Source: Albugo candida (Eukaryota). Taken from it: DNA of 64,000 nucleotides. A program made the translations under genes and the position numbers. Every line of letters starts with the position of its first letter. Position 1 is the first letter of the stretch. Of this stretch, positions 36,966 through 50,500 are shown piece after piece. The stretch is from the NCBI GenBank assembly GCA_040437565.1, contig JBDOQK010000038.1, positions 186,001-250,000 on the forward strand, read 5' to 3'. The notes beneath the pieces are model-generated. The model ran no database searches. It saw nothing but the letters and a program-made list of their open reading frames with translations, and was not told where the DNA came from.

Positions 36966-38420
36966 ATGATGTCGCAATTTATCGCACGCGCTATCCTTAC
37001 AATCCAACATACATTCAGTGGCGTTATAATTCCCAACCACGCGACATAGACCGGGACCAGCATCCAAAATATGACAGCAAACTTGTTTGTCATGTGTAAC
37101 AGCGCCATTCAGATTGGCTTCTTGAGTGCGAATGCATAGTTGGGAATCCAACACGAANNNNNNNNNNNNNNNNNNNNNNNNNNNNNNNNNNNNNNNNNNN
37201 NNNNNNNNNNNNNNNNNNNNNNNNNNNNNNNNNNNNNNNNNNNNNNNNNNNNNNNNNGATTTACGCAGATAAGCTACAAATCACTCGACTTCGACACACG
37301 AAATAACTCGTTGTGTGCGCTAACTCACGGTGCCGTACGACCAAATAGAGTATTACTGTGCACAGCCTAGACATGGGAGTGGCATCGTATTTATGTGTAC
37401 ACCCTAGACACAGACGCAATATCGCATTTGACTTGATGTGTACACTCTAGACACATAAGCAATATCGTGGTTTTGTGTAGACCACATAAAAAGAGAATTT
37501 TCGGCCAAATTCTGTAAAAGCACGATGCCGCACGCCTAAATCCTGAACTAATTCTATGAAAGCGATTTGTGCCTTTCGCATTACATTCCTACAAATTTTC
37601 CGCAATCATCAGATCCAAAGTACCAACACTCTCGTTCTCATTATAACGCTATCAATCGATCGAGTTTGACCTCGCCTTCCTTCTCAACAAACAATAGAAC
37701 CTATCCACACGAGGCTCTATAGAGTGTGTGTGCTAACGAAATAATTCACGACTTGACACTGTTCATCCACACCTCTGATCTCATTTGTTCATTTGATCCA
37801 ACATACAAACATTCTGATGATGTCGCAATTTATCGCACGCGCTATCCTTACAATCCAACATACATTCAGTGGCGTTATAATTCCCAACCACGCGACATAG
37901 ACCGGGACCAGCATCCAAAATATGACAGCAAACTTGTTTGTCATGTGTAACAGCGCCATTCAGATTGGCTTCTTGAGTGCGAATGCATAGTTGGGAATCC
38001 AACACGAATATGATTGAACTTGCACACTCTTACGCTTGAGAGGAGTCCCAAAAAAGTACCTCTCACTCAAAATGGCGCTTTCATAGCGTTCAAAGAAGAA
38101 TCTCGTTCTTGTCTGCCGTCTACGTCCGCATTCTTCCTGGCGTGTTGCGTACATGCTCAATGTGTTTCAGTACTCGGCTACGCGCCAGCATGCGAAGTGT
38201 CCAAACATCACCTCGATGACATTATGCTCGATGGAAAGAAGCTTTGACTTCCAACTGGAAAGAAAACTCAGACTAAGTGTCGAGAACATTGCGCGGATAA
38301 GAAACTCTGTGTGAGTCACATGTTTCACCTATGAGATAAACCTCTCAATCAATGGCTAAGTGAGAGGTCTCGATTACATTTCCCAGATCTCTAATCCGCT
38401 TCTGTGATACTTAATTGAGC
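36966..38420 (+). pseudogene. Secreted PAN/CBEL-like family, locus F (paralogue of E; 5' part appears twice across the gap, ATG 36966/37817)
   Basis: MMSQFIARAILTIQHTFSGV...*...VMCNSAIQIGFLSANA*...ACCVHAQCVSV...KCREHCADKKLCVSH; several stops and a frameshift. Confidence 0.82.
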
Positions 38421-39565
38421 GTGTTATTGTATTTTTACGTAACGTTAGGTCGTCTTTTGTAAAAATGAAAATTTTCGAATATAATGTGTCCACTTGTTTT
38501 GGAATGTAAGAAATTATCTTACGCGTTATGCCGCACACACTCTCTAGTATTTGTTAGTGGTATTGAGTAGGTGAGAGCTACTGAGATTCAAGTTTGATGC
38601 TGGCCATATCGGTGGTGTGCAGACGTCGTGACCATTCCCTAATGGAATACTCGTTAGTTGCTGATTTTTTCACGCGTTCCGTTTCTTTCCCAAATTTCAT
38701 GGTCATTTGTGATGAAAGCTACCATCAATGCTGACGATCACGTACTACTGTAGCGCATACGGATTAGCGAAAGGTAAAGACTTTGGCTAATGCACTGATC
38801 TTTGAGATATTCCCGTTGAAAGCTCTATAAAACAGAGCCTTTCTACAAGGTCCTCGTCAATTAGGTGCACAACGCTAACTCTAGGAGACGCTTGGAGAAG
38901 TGACTGAAATAAAGGGAGCTTCAATTGGCGGAACACTTTGTATACAGATACACAAACCCGCCGGAAGATTCAAAGACCAGAAGGAAGTTGTATTAAAGGA
39001 AATGTTCAGTCATACGCTAAAGTGGCAGCTGAACAGATAAGATATACAATGTAACAGCGTCTTTCCTCACATTGTGCTGAAGTAACGTCTCTTCGAATAT
39101 TGACGAGCGCGTACCTTCCGTAAGTGCGCTCAACATATCGCACCTACTCGACTCCTCCCACTTTAATTGAATTATTTCAATCAATCAGATTGGCGATCCA
39201 GCTCATGACAATAGTTGTATCATTTCTGAAAGTACGACGTTGCTCAACGATAAAATTCCCCAACAGCATCGCCAGCGCTATGATCGCTTACTTGTCGCTG
39301 TAGAACTGTTAAAAATGGGTCTCTTGTAATCGAAGCGATACGATTCTTCGCTATACTCGACAATTTCTACATCGCTACAAAAACGACCTGCGTTTATTAT
39401 AAGAGCGTAAAGTATAAATTTTTATAATTGGATGAGTAGAATGAGATATTATCTACAGGAATTCTCACCCCGAAAAAGACGAAGAGAACACCCTATACCA
39501 CGCTCTCTCTCGCACGAAATTCAGAATATGTCGCATGGAATGACTAGGGATCGAAATTTGCACTC

Positions 39566-40287
39566 ATACCCTATAAAAAGTCACATGTTCAACTAGTCAA
39601 AATCTTTGCCTTGTCTCATTATCTACCCTATAAATCGCGTCTCATCCCAAATTACAAACAAATAGAGCATTTGAGTATTTAATTCATATTCAACCATATT
39701 GATGCGCTTGCTCCATACCACATGTCACGTAGTTGTCTCCCTAGTGAGCCACAAATTCAATGCTCTATATCACCAGCTGAAAATTTCAAGATCTTCTANN
39801 NNNNNNNNNNNNNNNNNNNNNNNNNNNNNNNNNNNNNNNNNNNNNNNNNNNNNNNNNNNNNNNNNNNNNNNNNNNNNNNNNNNNNNNNNNNNNNNNNNAA
39901 CAAATAGAGCATTTGAGTATTTAATTCATATTCAACCATATTGATGCGCTTGCTCCATACCACATGTCACGTAGTTGTCTCCCTAGTGAGCCACAAATTC
40001 AATGCTCTATATCACCAGCTGAAAATTTCAAGATCTTCTATTTCTTCATCGAACATACCCTATAAAAAATCACATGTTCAATTAGTCATAATCTTTGCCT
40101 TTTTTCATTATCTACCCTATAAATCGCGTCTCATCCCAAACTACGAACAAATAGAGCATTTGAGTATTTAATTCATATTCAACCATATTGATGCGCTTGC
40201 TCCATACCACATGTCACGTAGTTGTCTCCCTAGTGAGCCACAAATTCAATGCTCTATATCACCAGCTGAAAATTTCAAGATCTTCTA
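39566..40287 (+). repeat. 247-bp tandem repeat immediately upstream of locus G
   Basis: 39899-40040 recurs at 40146-40287 on one contiguous stretch (period 247); another unit with a few substitutions at 39566-39798 lies before the gap. Confidence 0.8.
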
Positions 40288-40364
40288 GTCTTCACGAAAC
40301 AAACACTACGCTCATAATCATTCACTCATTCTCTAATTTTCCCCCAAGAACAACAACGACTACC

Positions 40365-41317
40365 ATGCGCGGCCGATACATTCACTTTGTTTGCTTCAGT
40401 TTGGCACTACCACTTACTACATTGGCTTATATCGAACGTTTCTATAACACGATATTCACGGACTACAAATCCATTACTAACGTAACGGCGGATGACACCT
40501 ACCAGTGCGAGAATGCCCTCACGACGGGGCTAATCCCAGCCAACGCGTTTCTGATCCAGCCCAGCATTTCAAGACATTCCGTCATTTGCGAATTTATCAG
40601 TACAAAACAGTCCCCAATCTTTTCTTTCGATGGGCTACAAGGGTCAATAATCGTTGACGATCCTCCAAACTGTAGTCCTACTTGTGGAGATGACAGAGGT
40701 TGTTGCGCCGGTTACCAGTGTATAAATATTGGAACTAAAAATATCAGAGAAATGGTATGCAAAGACATAGGGTCGACCCTTATCGATACCTTCATTGGTC
40801 TTTTGAACAAACCCCCCGTAAACCAGCCAGTTGCAACTGAGAAGGATTGTAGNNNNNNNNNNNNNNNNNNNNNNNNNNNNNNNNNNNNNNNNNNNNNNNN
40901 NNNNNNNNNNNNNNNNNNNNNNNNNNNNNNNNNNNNNNNNNNNNNNNNNNNNCCCCAATCTTTTCTTTCGATGGGCTACAAGGGTCAATAATCGTTGACG
41001 ATCCTCCAAACTGTAGTCCTACTTGTGGAGATGACAGAGGTTGTTGCGCCGGTTACCAGTGTATAAATATTGGAACTAAAAATATCAGAGAAATGGTATG
41101 CAAAGACATAGGGTCGACCCTTATCGATACCTTCATTGGTCTTTTGAACAAACCCCCCGTAAACCAGCCAGTTGCAACTGAGAAGGATTGTAGCTTGTGC
41201 TCTCCCACTTATACAAGCTACAATTACGATACGCAATTGCACGAATGTTCTCATTTGAAAGAAATTACGTTAATCACAGCGTACCCTGGATACAACTCCT
41301 CGAAATGTACATACTAG
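40365..41317 (+). CDS. Secreted PAN/CBEL-like family, locus G, intact 203 aa once the 341-bp gap-plus-overlap is collapsed
   Basis: INR+FPR-like CTCATTCTCTAATTTT at ~40325; signal MRGRYIHFVCFSLALPLTTLA; YQCENALTTGLIPANAF...ICEFI; CSPTCGDDRGCCAGYQC...VC; KDCSLCSPTYTSYNYDTQLHEC. Sequence from 40953 repeats 40612-40852, giving a 612-nt open frame. Confidence 0.82.
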
Positions 41318-42668
41318 TGTAATCTTACATGAGATGTCGTATTCATGCAATTGAACACGTTTACCAAAAAATGTTTGTTTCGATTTTCTTCTTTCCAATC
41401 TCGCAACGCACACAATCAACGCTTCTACTACACGATGGTCCAAGTTGTTTCATCTATGCTTGAAAGCATATAATTGCCTTTGTTCTCACAAACTACATCT
41501 GTACTTTGTCCATCATGTATCAGAATGCGCGCTCGATGTTTTCGAATGAGAGATACGTAAAATATTTGCACTTGACATAGAACTCTAAGAATTGCAATAT
41601 CAGCGACAAGAGTCGGATTTTCCAGGATTGATCACGTGGCACAACTTGGCTTCATTGTGCGGATTGGATACTGCCTCATTGGAATGTCTGTATGTTACTA
41701 CAGGTAGATTAATGGACTTGTCGACATGCATGTCCATCTTAAGCGATTAGCATACATGCAAAGTCGTTTCCATGAAATCACCTGCACGAACTGGAGAATT
41801 TGGAGCTATTGACAGTCCTCTGTTTCTGCTGCTTTGACACACCGCACTACACGGCTGTCCAACATGAGGTTTCTATGTAATGTTCAAAGACACGATGATC
41901 ACCAAATTGGTGTCCTCAACACTGTCCTGAACATACGATTCTGGTTCGGAGTAAGATAGGAGGTGCATTTCACCTGTTTGTATGTGATGGACCCGCAAGC
42001 AGCACATGGTCCTCATTGTCAGCTGGCACAGTATCGTTGCGATCCGAGATGTTTGTCTTGATCGTAACGCTACCATCGAATATGTGGAATGTGCGCACTC
42101 AACGCGGGGTTGTCTTAGTTGCAAATGGATGGCCAGACAAACGACGCTTCCGATCGATCCGGACGAAGATTAGTATTAGTGACTGCATTACCTGCCCCAC
42201 GACAGTCTATCAATGGTGTCCATCTCGTCGGCAGAATAATGCAGATAATGTTGTGCAATGTGGTCGGTTGATTAACCATCTCAACTCCGAGAAGCTTCAA
42301 TTCTTTCGTCTGGTGGTACTTTTCAAGAGAAGATGTCCGACTTCACTGCTGCATTCAAGGGCCAAGTCCGCAATATACTGTCTCATTGGTTATCCAGCGA
42401 TCAGCATCGATGTCGATGTGCAGCAGTGTATGGATCAGACGAAAGCATTCTTTTGGAAGTAATGAAAGAAAGTAAAGTGAAGGGATCGCAACAAAGAATC
42501 TTTAAAAGTTTGAATGCGTGAGCTAAAGCAGGCGTTTATGAATGGAGCTCTGTCTTACATGGCACCAGCAGTTAAGCAGGTGATGAGAGAAAGATGAACA
42601 AACAAATTGTTTATTGAAATGGCACGGGCCGAATTCAAAAGGTTTTACGACTCAAAGTGAATTGAACT

Positions 42669-43275
42669 TTACTTTTTTACTGGTAAGGTTCCAATTTCGG
42701 TTTGCTTATCCAATCTGAAAGATATTATGGAAGTGGCAGTAACTTGCTTTCTCGTGGTTGTATTGTACATGTAGTAAATCTCCTTTCCTTTACTCGTTGG
42801 ATGTTTGTTGGCGATGAATGCCATATGGGGTATGACCCCAGCCTTGTTGTTTGTACAAGTACCCGATACACATATGGAAGGTGAAGCGCAATCAGAAAGA
42901 TCATTGCAAGCTACATTTGCTTTATTCAAACGGTTCGTGGTTGATATATTAAACTTTCCAACTATGTCATAGACAATGCCGGTAAACTCGAATTGGTCTT
43001 TTTCGTAGTGCGTTTTCAAAAAAGCGCATTCCACCGTATTAGTTCCCTTTGAGCCTCTTACGTACACTGCCGTTATACCGGCGAACGATGCTTGCACTAG
43101 TCTGAAACAGACGTCAAAGCCTCCAGTCACGTTGACGATCATAAAGAATTTATCACGTGGAACGTTAATCTTCATGCTATCGGTCACCTCAATACCATGA
43201 AATAGTTCTTCCGCTGGTTTTGTAATCGAAAACACCAACATGGGAAGGATAGTGAATCAAGAAATTAAAGGCCAT
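42669..43275 (-). pseudogene. Divergent PAN/CBEL-like family member, locus H (inverted; probable frameshift in signal peptide)
   Basis: ORF 42669-43241: FDVCFRLVQASFAGITAVYV...VECAFL, CNDLSDCASPSICVSGTC, YMYNTTTRK. An upstream ATG at 43275 (MAFNFLI) is 34 nt away and out of frame. Confidence 0.55.
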
Positions 43276-46200
43276 TATGCTTATGGTTGAAGGGATATTA
43301 AAAATGAATCTTCTAGGGTCCGGCTCGTAATTATTTGCATCAGATGTCACACTGACTTTGTTACACTGCAAGTAAAAATGTATCATTCTTCCATCTGTTA
43401 ATAGAGAGTACAAATACGTCTGTAAGAAGTTCTTGTGGTTGTTAGTAGCATATAGTAATATATTAGTAACGTATGCTCGCGGATGCAACGTGGTAGCAAT
43501 GCGACTATACTGAAGATCAGTCTTGTCATTACGTATGCCTTTATACTTTCGGTACCTCTAAACTTTATGCTGCAAATCATTTGCTTTAATGGGTATTTTG
43601 CTTTAGAAGATAGCTTATGCATTACATGGAGGCCGGAGAATTAAACGAACATCCCATAAATGGTTGATTCAAGACAATATGAAATTCTAATTGAAATATA
43701 GATCGCATGCGTGTCATACATTAGCGACCTCAAACGGCTCCGATATCGATATTACTTCTCGCGTCACCTTATGTGATCGCTGATTTTGAAGAAATCTCAA
43801 CAGAAACGTTTGATGATTCGTTAAGAGAAAAGAGAGTTACAACGAGTGATACAGAAGTCATCAGTCCTCTTCATTCTCAGAAGGGATCTGACTCCCGTAC
43901 TTTTTGCGACTCTAGTGAAAGTGGGATCAAGACGCACGTTCCAACCAACAATGATGACAAAAGTCAGAAACTATCCAGTATCTCTCGAACCTTTCATTGC
44001 GTGAAAACGGCACTATTGGGACCCCAAGCACTCAGATGCGGTAAGTTTCCATGAAGAATTTGACCCACTTTATCGAATTGGCTTTTTGACGTGTGCCATA
44101 TTATTTACACGCTGCTGTATGAGACAACTTCAATATACGCCGAAGCTATACGAACGTTCTTAATGGCTTCGAATCGTTGGCGCACTCACAGGAAAAATTT
44201 CACGACAAGTCTGACCACTGCACGAAGCATTTGAAAACAAAATTGACATCGATACATTACCGATTCTGAGGATCAACAGAGAAACTTATTGATCATATTA
44301 CTTCAAGACGATCTTTCTCACGTGTGGTATAGATATAGCAATAATTCAAAATGTCTTGAGTAGAGCATCGCGTAGGGTAGTCTGAATAGATTCGAACGAA
44401 TGGTCAACACGTTCGAATCCGAAATGTGTAAGACAAATACTTTGGTAGAGACGTTGTCGAGTTATTTATGAATATACCTCATGTAGTGTGACTTGCCTGA
44501 GTTTGAAAATACGTCTGGATAATCCGAATTCCTCCCAGGAACAATTGCGCTGGTATCGTCTTCCCACATTAAAACATGCAAGCATCAAGTCAGATAGTAC
44601 AGAGTATTATTTTTGGGCTCGTTCCTCTTGCAAGTAGTTGTTCCAGACTACCCAGTGCTCTAGATTAGGATCTTTGATATGTATCATGATTTTCGACCAT
44701 CCGTGCAGGTGGTGAGCCATATAAATTTATATTCGTGTCAAATTAGCACGTGTCGTTTGTTCTCCCGTAATGCTGCTGTCGGCGAACCATTCATTTGCTC
44801 TGCCACTTTTTAGTTAAATTGTAGTATTATGCAGAGGAAGGTTTGGGAAAAAGAAGAATTAGTTCGATCCATCACGTTGCAATTTATAATAGCATTCTCA
44901 AGAGATTGTACACATGCAAGCGCTTTTGAATTGAAGGAAAGAAATCTTGGCGACACGTCTGATTGCATCTAATACGATGCGTGCTAATTGAAGTTGCGCA
45001 ATAGGCAATATAGGCTCCAGAAAGAAGCAATCACCAGGTCAGGATGAGGCTCCAGTGGTGTATACATTTTTCATTTGAGATTACTCATTACGCTCCCAAC
45101 AGAATATAGACTCCGGGCTGCGAGACATGATTGACATTATGCACACAGGTCGATTATGCGTATCATCAAACCATTTGAACACTTCAGGGATCTCTATTCT
45201 CGAATTACCCAATTAAATTAAGATTTTGTTGGTGATCTGACACCGTTCACCTGATCATTAGAGACTTTTTATATCCTTGACGACAGGATGGTGGACAAGT
45301 TCTCGTTTTGGTGGTACGTCTGAAGATACAACGCATTCAAATTACTGCCGCAGGTCGCAACCGATGTATTGACAATCATTTCGCCGATTGAATAACTGCT
45401 TCCATTCGACGGAATTATTGCAACTCATCCAACCTTCGTTGAACCACAAAAACTGACGGACATATTACACCACATCGACATAGACAAATGGGTGAATGGG
45501 AGAGCACATCTGCTTGGTGGTAACACGCACTTCGAATGTGGCACCAAATGGATTGGAGAATTACGATTGCAGATTCGAATGTTCTCCGACGCGGTCAGTA
45601 CCACATGGAACGACCAATGTGGTTCCACTGCGACCAAGAATTGTATTATGAAGCTGCTAGCCGTAAACCGAGTACGCAAGACGTTTGTTACATCCTTGGA
45701 AGGGTGGATGAACTATTTCGTACATTTCAGAAATCGTTGCCACGCTGTTCGAGATTCGAAGTCTTCAGGACTTTTTTCGAGAAAGCGACACACGACCAAC
45801 GAAGGAAGCTTCCGTCGACCAATATTACAACGACGAAGAGCGAAATACATCAATCATGGCTGGAATGTTGGGGAGCCAAGGTTTCAATGAAGCCATTCAG
45901 ATACTACAGCGTATATACGCTACAATTGGCCTCATCGTTTGGATTCAACGAAGCACGAGTGGCTGATCGTATAATGTGGGAGTACATAGCAAGGATAGGA
46001 AGCATAATTTTGTATCTATTTTCACGCAGTCCACTCTCAGAAATCGTCTGGTAACCTCCCGCACCAACGTAGAGTCATCTGATGTCCACCTATCGGTCAT
46101 CACGACAGAGATCGGACACAGTGGATTTAGAATGAATTCAAAACTTATATGGCTACATCCTAACATCTTTGATAACCTATCTTGCCCATTCCAAAGCTCT

Positions 46201-47080
46201 AAAGTTTCTGTCTGGCCCTTCGGATGTTGCCAGTTCGATCTCATTTATATAATATCCAGCCCGACATTATATTGTGCACAAAGCCTTCGCGAGGGGCATC
46301 TCTTTCTAGCGAGCGTTCACACAGTAATTTTATGGAAGCGAGGACGCTGCACTTCTTCTAAACCGATCGGAACTGCCGTCTGGTTGATCAGTGATCAGCA
46401 ACTCCGACAGTTTCAACACTTTCCGTGATCGACATCACGTTAAGTACGCACGTTTGGTGTTTTTACAGTGTTAAAACTCAAGTCGAACGCATTCGGCTTG
46501 CAAAAGCGTTCAATATTAACTGGCAACGCAAGGATCATTCGGTGGAATTTTGAGAACTCGACCATCATTGCTTCGGCACACGCACATAAAAATGCAAATG
46601 CAAATCGAATCTAACTCCTAGATGGATGGCTACGTTCAGCCCAGTCTGGCGCTCACCAACTAGCAAAAAACGATACTTATGGACAGCTCTACAATTCGTA
46701 TATCAGTACACGCTGGCTACAGTCTCCTCTTGTCGTGGTTTGTAGGCTACCACGATACAGGGCTGTCAACGAGAAGACATATCGTCCTCTCCCACAGGTA
46801 TTTTCATGAAACGTTTCGTGTATGTACATATGTTATCTAATAAAAGCCTACGCAGCATGAGAAGTCGCTTGGTCTGATTCTAGTACTTCAATTCAACTAA
46901 TATCCTACAATACCAACGGCGAGCATGTTCCATACCTCAAAAAAATTACCTTATGTCTCTCCCTACATTTCACGCATTTGTGAGCTACACATGCAATGCT
47001 CTATATCACCAGCTGGGAATTTTCAAGATCTTCTTTTTGCTCACCGAACAAACACTACTCTCACAATCATTCACTCATTC

Positions 47081-47536
47081 TACCAGTGCGAGAATGTCCT
47101 TACGACGGGGATAATCCAAGCCGATGCGTTTCTGATCCGTTCCGAAGGATCGGTTCATTCTTTCATTTGCGAATTTATCAGAACAACAGGGCCCCCAATC
47201 TTTTCTTTCGATGGGCTACAAGGGTCAATAATCGTTGACGATCCTCCAAACTGTAGTCCTACTTGTGGAGATGACAGAGGTTGTTGCGCCGGTTACCAGT
47301 GTATAAATATTGGAACTAAAAATATCAGAGAAATGGTATGCAAAGACATAGGGTCGACCCTTATCGATACCTTCATTGGTCTTTTGAACAAACCCCCCGT
47401 AAACCAGCCAGTTGCAACTGAGAAGGATTGTAGNNNNNNNNNNNNNNNNNNNNNNNNNNNNNNNNNNNNNNNNNNNNNNNNNNNNNNNNNNNNNNNNNNN
47501 NNNNNNNNNNNNNNNNNNNNNNNNNNNNNNNNNTAG
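47081..47536 (+). pseudogene. Secreted PAN/CBEL-like family, locus I (copy of G lacking leader, ATG and signal peptide)
   Basis: CACTCATTCT is joined directly to ACCAGTGCGAG, so the equivalent of 40333-40500 (168 bp) is missing; the remainder aligns with G. Confidence 0.8.
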
Positions 47537-50500
47537 TGTAATCTTACATGAGATGTCGTATTCATGCAATTGAACACGTTTACCAAAAAATGTTTGTTTC
47601 GATTTTCTTCTTTCCAATCTCGCAACGCACACAATCAACGCTTCTACTACACGATGGTCCAAGTTATTTCATCTATGCTTGACAGCATATAATTGCCTTT
47701 GTTCTCACCAACTAGATCTGTACTTTGTCCATCATGTATCCGAATGCGCACTCAATGTGTTCGAACGAGATATATGTAAAACATTTGCACTTGACGTATG
47801 ACTATGTGGATTGCAACATCAGCGACAAGTTTCGATTCTATTTATGATTGAATACGTGGCACAACTTGGGTTTGATGCGCACATTGGATACTGCCTCACT
47901 GGAATGTTTCTTTGTTACTGCAATCAGACTAATCGACTTCTCGACATGCATAGCCATCTTAAGCAATTAGCATACATAAAAAGTAATTTTAATGAAATCA
48001 CCTGCAAGAATTGAGAAGTTGTGCAGCTATTGCCAATCTTCTCTTTCTTCTGCTTTAACGCACCCGAGTACGCGGCAGTTCCCAGCATGTAGTGACTATA
48101 TGATGGTCAGAGACACAATGATCACCAGATTGGTGTCCTCAACACTGGCCTGAAGATACGATTGTGGCTAGGAGTAAGATGGGAGGTGCATTTCACTTGT
48201 ATGCATCAAAATCACTATCAGATACAAGCCATCACGCTTGTATCAAAATATACCCCTCTTGATTTTGTAAAAAGCACCTTGAAGTAGCTTTATGCGGATT
48301 TAATGAATTTTATTACTTGTTTCCTATTACGCTGGAAAATCAAGAGTTTGTGAACCCTTCCAATACTGTAGTAAGATTGGAACAATGACGATATAAATAT
48401 CCAAGCGTTGGCTGAAGCGGTAGCTTAGAGTATGAAGGAGTGGAATTCCGAAGTAAGTCGCCTATTAGCTCATCGTGAAACTGCATCTTGATCGCATAGA
48501 TACTGTGATGTAGAACTACGCAATAGGTATTACCAAACATAACGGTCCAATACAGCAGTGATTCGATCAAATTATCCTGTCTACTGTAGTGATCAGCAGT
48601 AGAAGAACACTTTCGTGCCAGCACTACACGAGAAAAAAAGGTTTGTGGCTGTCGTTTTTGGTCTCATTTGCGCTGAAAATATTTCCGATCTCTTTGTGCA
48701 TTCTGCATCTTCGAATGAACAAACATTCCATCCATTATCATATACCAAACCCGCAGCGCGTCTTATTCGAGGATACAGTGAAGCATGGCTTCGTTCTCCT
48801 TGCCGTACCCAACGCAAATGATGTACTAAATGATTATAAATATTCAACAACAGCACATATCACAATACTGGGACTCAAATCTACTTCTTTTGAGTAATTT
48901 TGATCAATTGGGCTCATAGATCATTGCGTTCAGGTATCGGCGACGTAGTGCAATATTTCCCTTCCTCCTACCCTTCAACTGACCAGTCAGTCATACTCAC
49001 CACCACGGGTAATGATGGATGTGGATGGCGTGACGGATTTTGCAACAACTTGAAAACTTTCCTGGGATTACAGTATCTTGTATGCTACATTTACAAGCAG
49101 AGGATGCCTACAGTATGTGTATGTTGTTCTCTATAGGGATTCAGATTTTGCGAAAGATCCAATTGGTCTGACTTTGTGATGCAAATAAAACCTTTAAGAA
49201 TAACAGTACCCAATAAGTATCTCACCATCTTGTAATGGCTATACTAGATGACTTTTAGTTTTCGTCTGCCGCCCTCTAAACACAAACAACTATGTATAGC
49301 ATGATAACCAGGATGCAGGACTTTATCTGCGCTCTCGGACTCAATGTTTTTGTTCAGCTGTGAGATTATGACATCACCATCGTTGCCATTTATTCGTAAG
49401 ATCAGTCCAAAAAGGTAAGAAACGGCAAGAAAGAGAAGAAAATTTAGGTGGCGACCTCCGTTTTTTGGCGCGGTAAAGCATGCGATTCCATCTTTTACTA
49501 TGTCGAAGATATCCGTTGAGGATGGTTTGAAGCTCAAAGAATATGGTGGACGGTCGTGCTGATACAATTCATTTTGTTACCATCGCTATGATATCCACGA
49601 GCGTGTTATCGCGATCAGCCGGTACGTCTAGACCTCGTTCTGGGTTGTTGAATCCTATTGGAGCCCGCTTGACTGGTACGAAAAATCAAAAACCTTTATA
49701 ATTATATTTATACTCCAGAGCAGTACGTCTCATTGCACAGCCCTAAGCGAGGATTCCATCTCTTCGTTTGGTCAATATTACATCACACGAAAGGTTTTTT
49801 TTGGTCTACATGATCTTTTCTTTCAAAAATCCAGGTAGCAGCAAATGAATCAAGTTTGCAATGGAATACCGATATCGACTATTACGAAGCCCCAGTTTCA
49901 CTCAAAGTCAAGCTAAGCACCAACGGCATTGGTCACTCATTTGACCTTTCGATAAAATGACCGTATGATTCCATCATTGCACGCCATGAAGCTTGATGAT
50001 AATGCTCTTGTTCAAGTAGAAATATTGTTGCTTATAGGTTCCAGATTCTTGAGCCGGACCAGTGATGCAGTTAGCTATTCGAAACACAAGATACCCATAA
50101 AGGTGATCAATTTGTCTGTTTGGGGAAAGAGACGAAATCATTACCACAGGTACATTGCTTTGACTGGGTGACCAAGCTGTTAGAGTACCTAAATTGAGAA
50201 GTTTTCACGTATACAGAATCTGTTAATGCTCTGAAAATCGGTGTACTGTTATCTTAAGAAAATGCAAGTGTTTAATCTCACTCATGCACGCTTAGTATCC
50301 TTCCTAACTCGTCCGTTTTGTCGCCATTAATTAGTACGGATTGCTTATGTTTATAGGTTACTTGGAATTTAGCGCAGAAGGATGCTTCCAATGAAGATTT
50401 TCAGGAACATGATACTTCACTGAATAATACCCCAAGTAGATATCAAACAAAAAAGGCGTATGAGGGAAGATATGAACTACTGAAGTATCGAATTCAGAAC

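Noticed and set aside
36408-37998. Exact tandem duplications at gaps (also 1604-2063, 6332-6763, 50322-50843, 54432-54815, 56817-57398, 57469-59176)
   Set aside because: Identical or near-identical sequence on both sides of a 100-N gap is typical of unmerged contig overlaps or haplotypes, so each was counted once.
45290-45400. hAT dimerisation-like string FWW...FKLLPQVATDVLTI
   Set aside because: Isolated weak resemblance with no PA(T/S)S..SER motif and no other transposase features.
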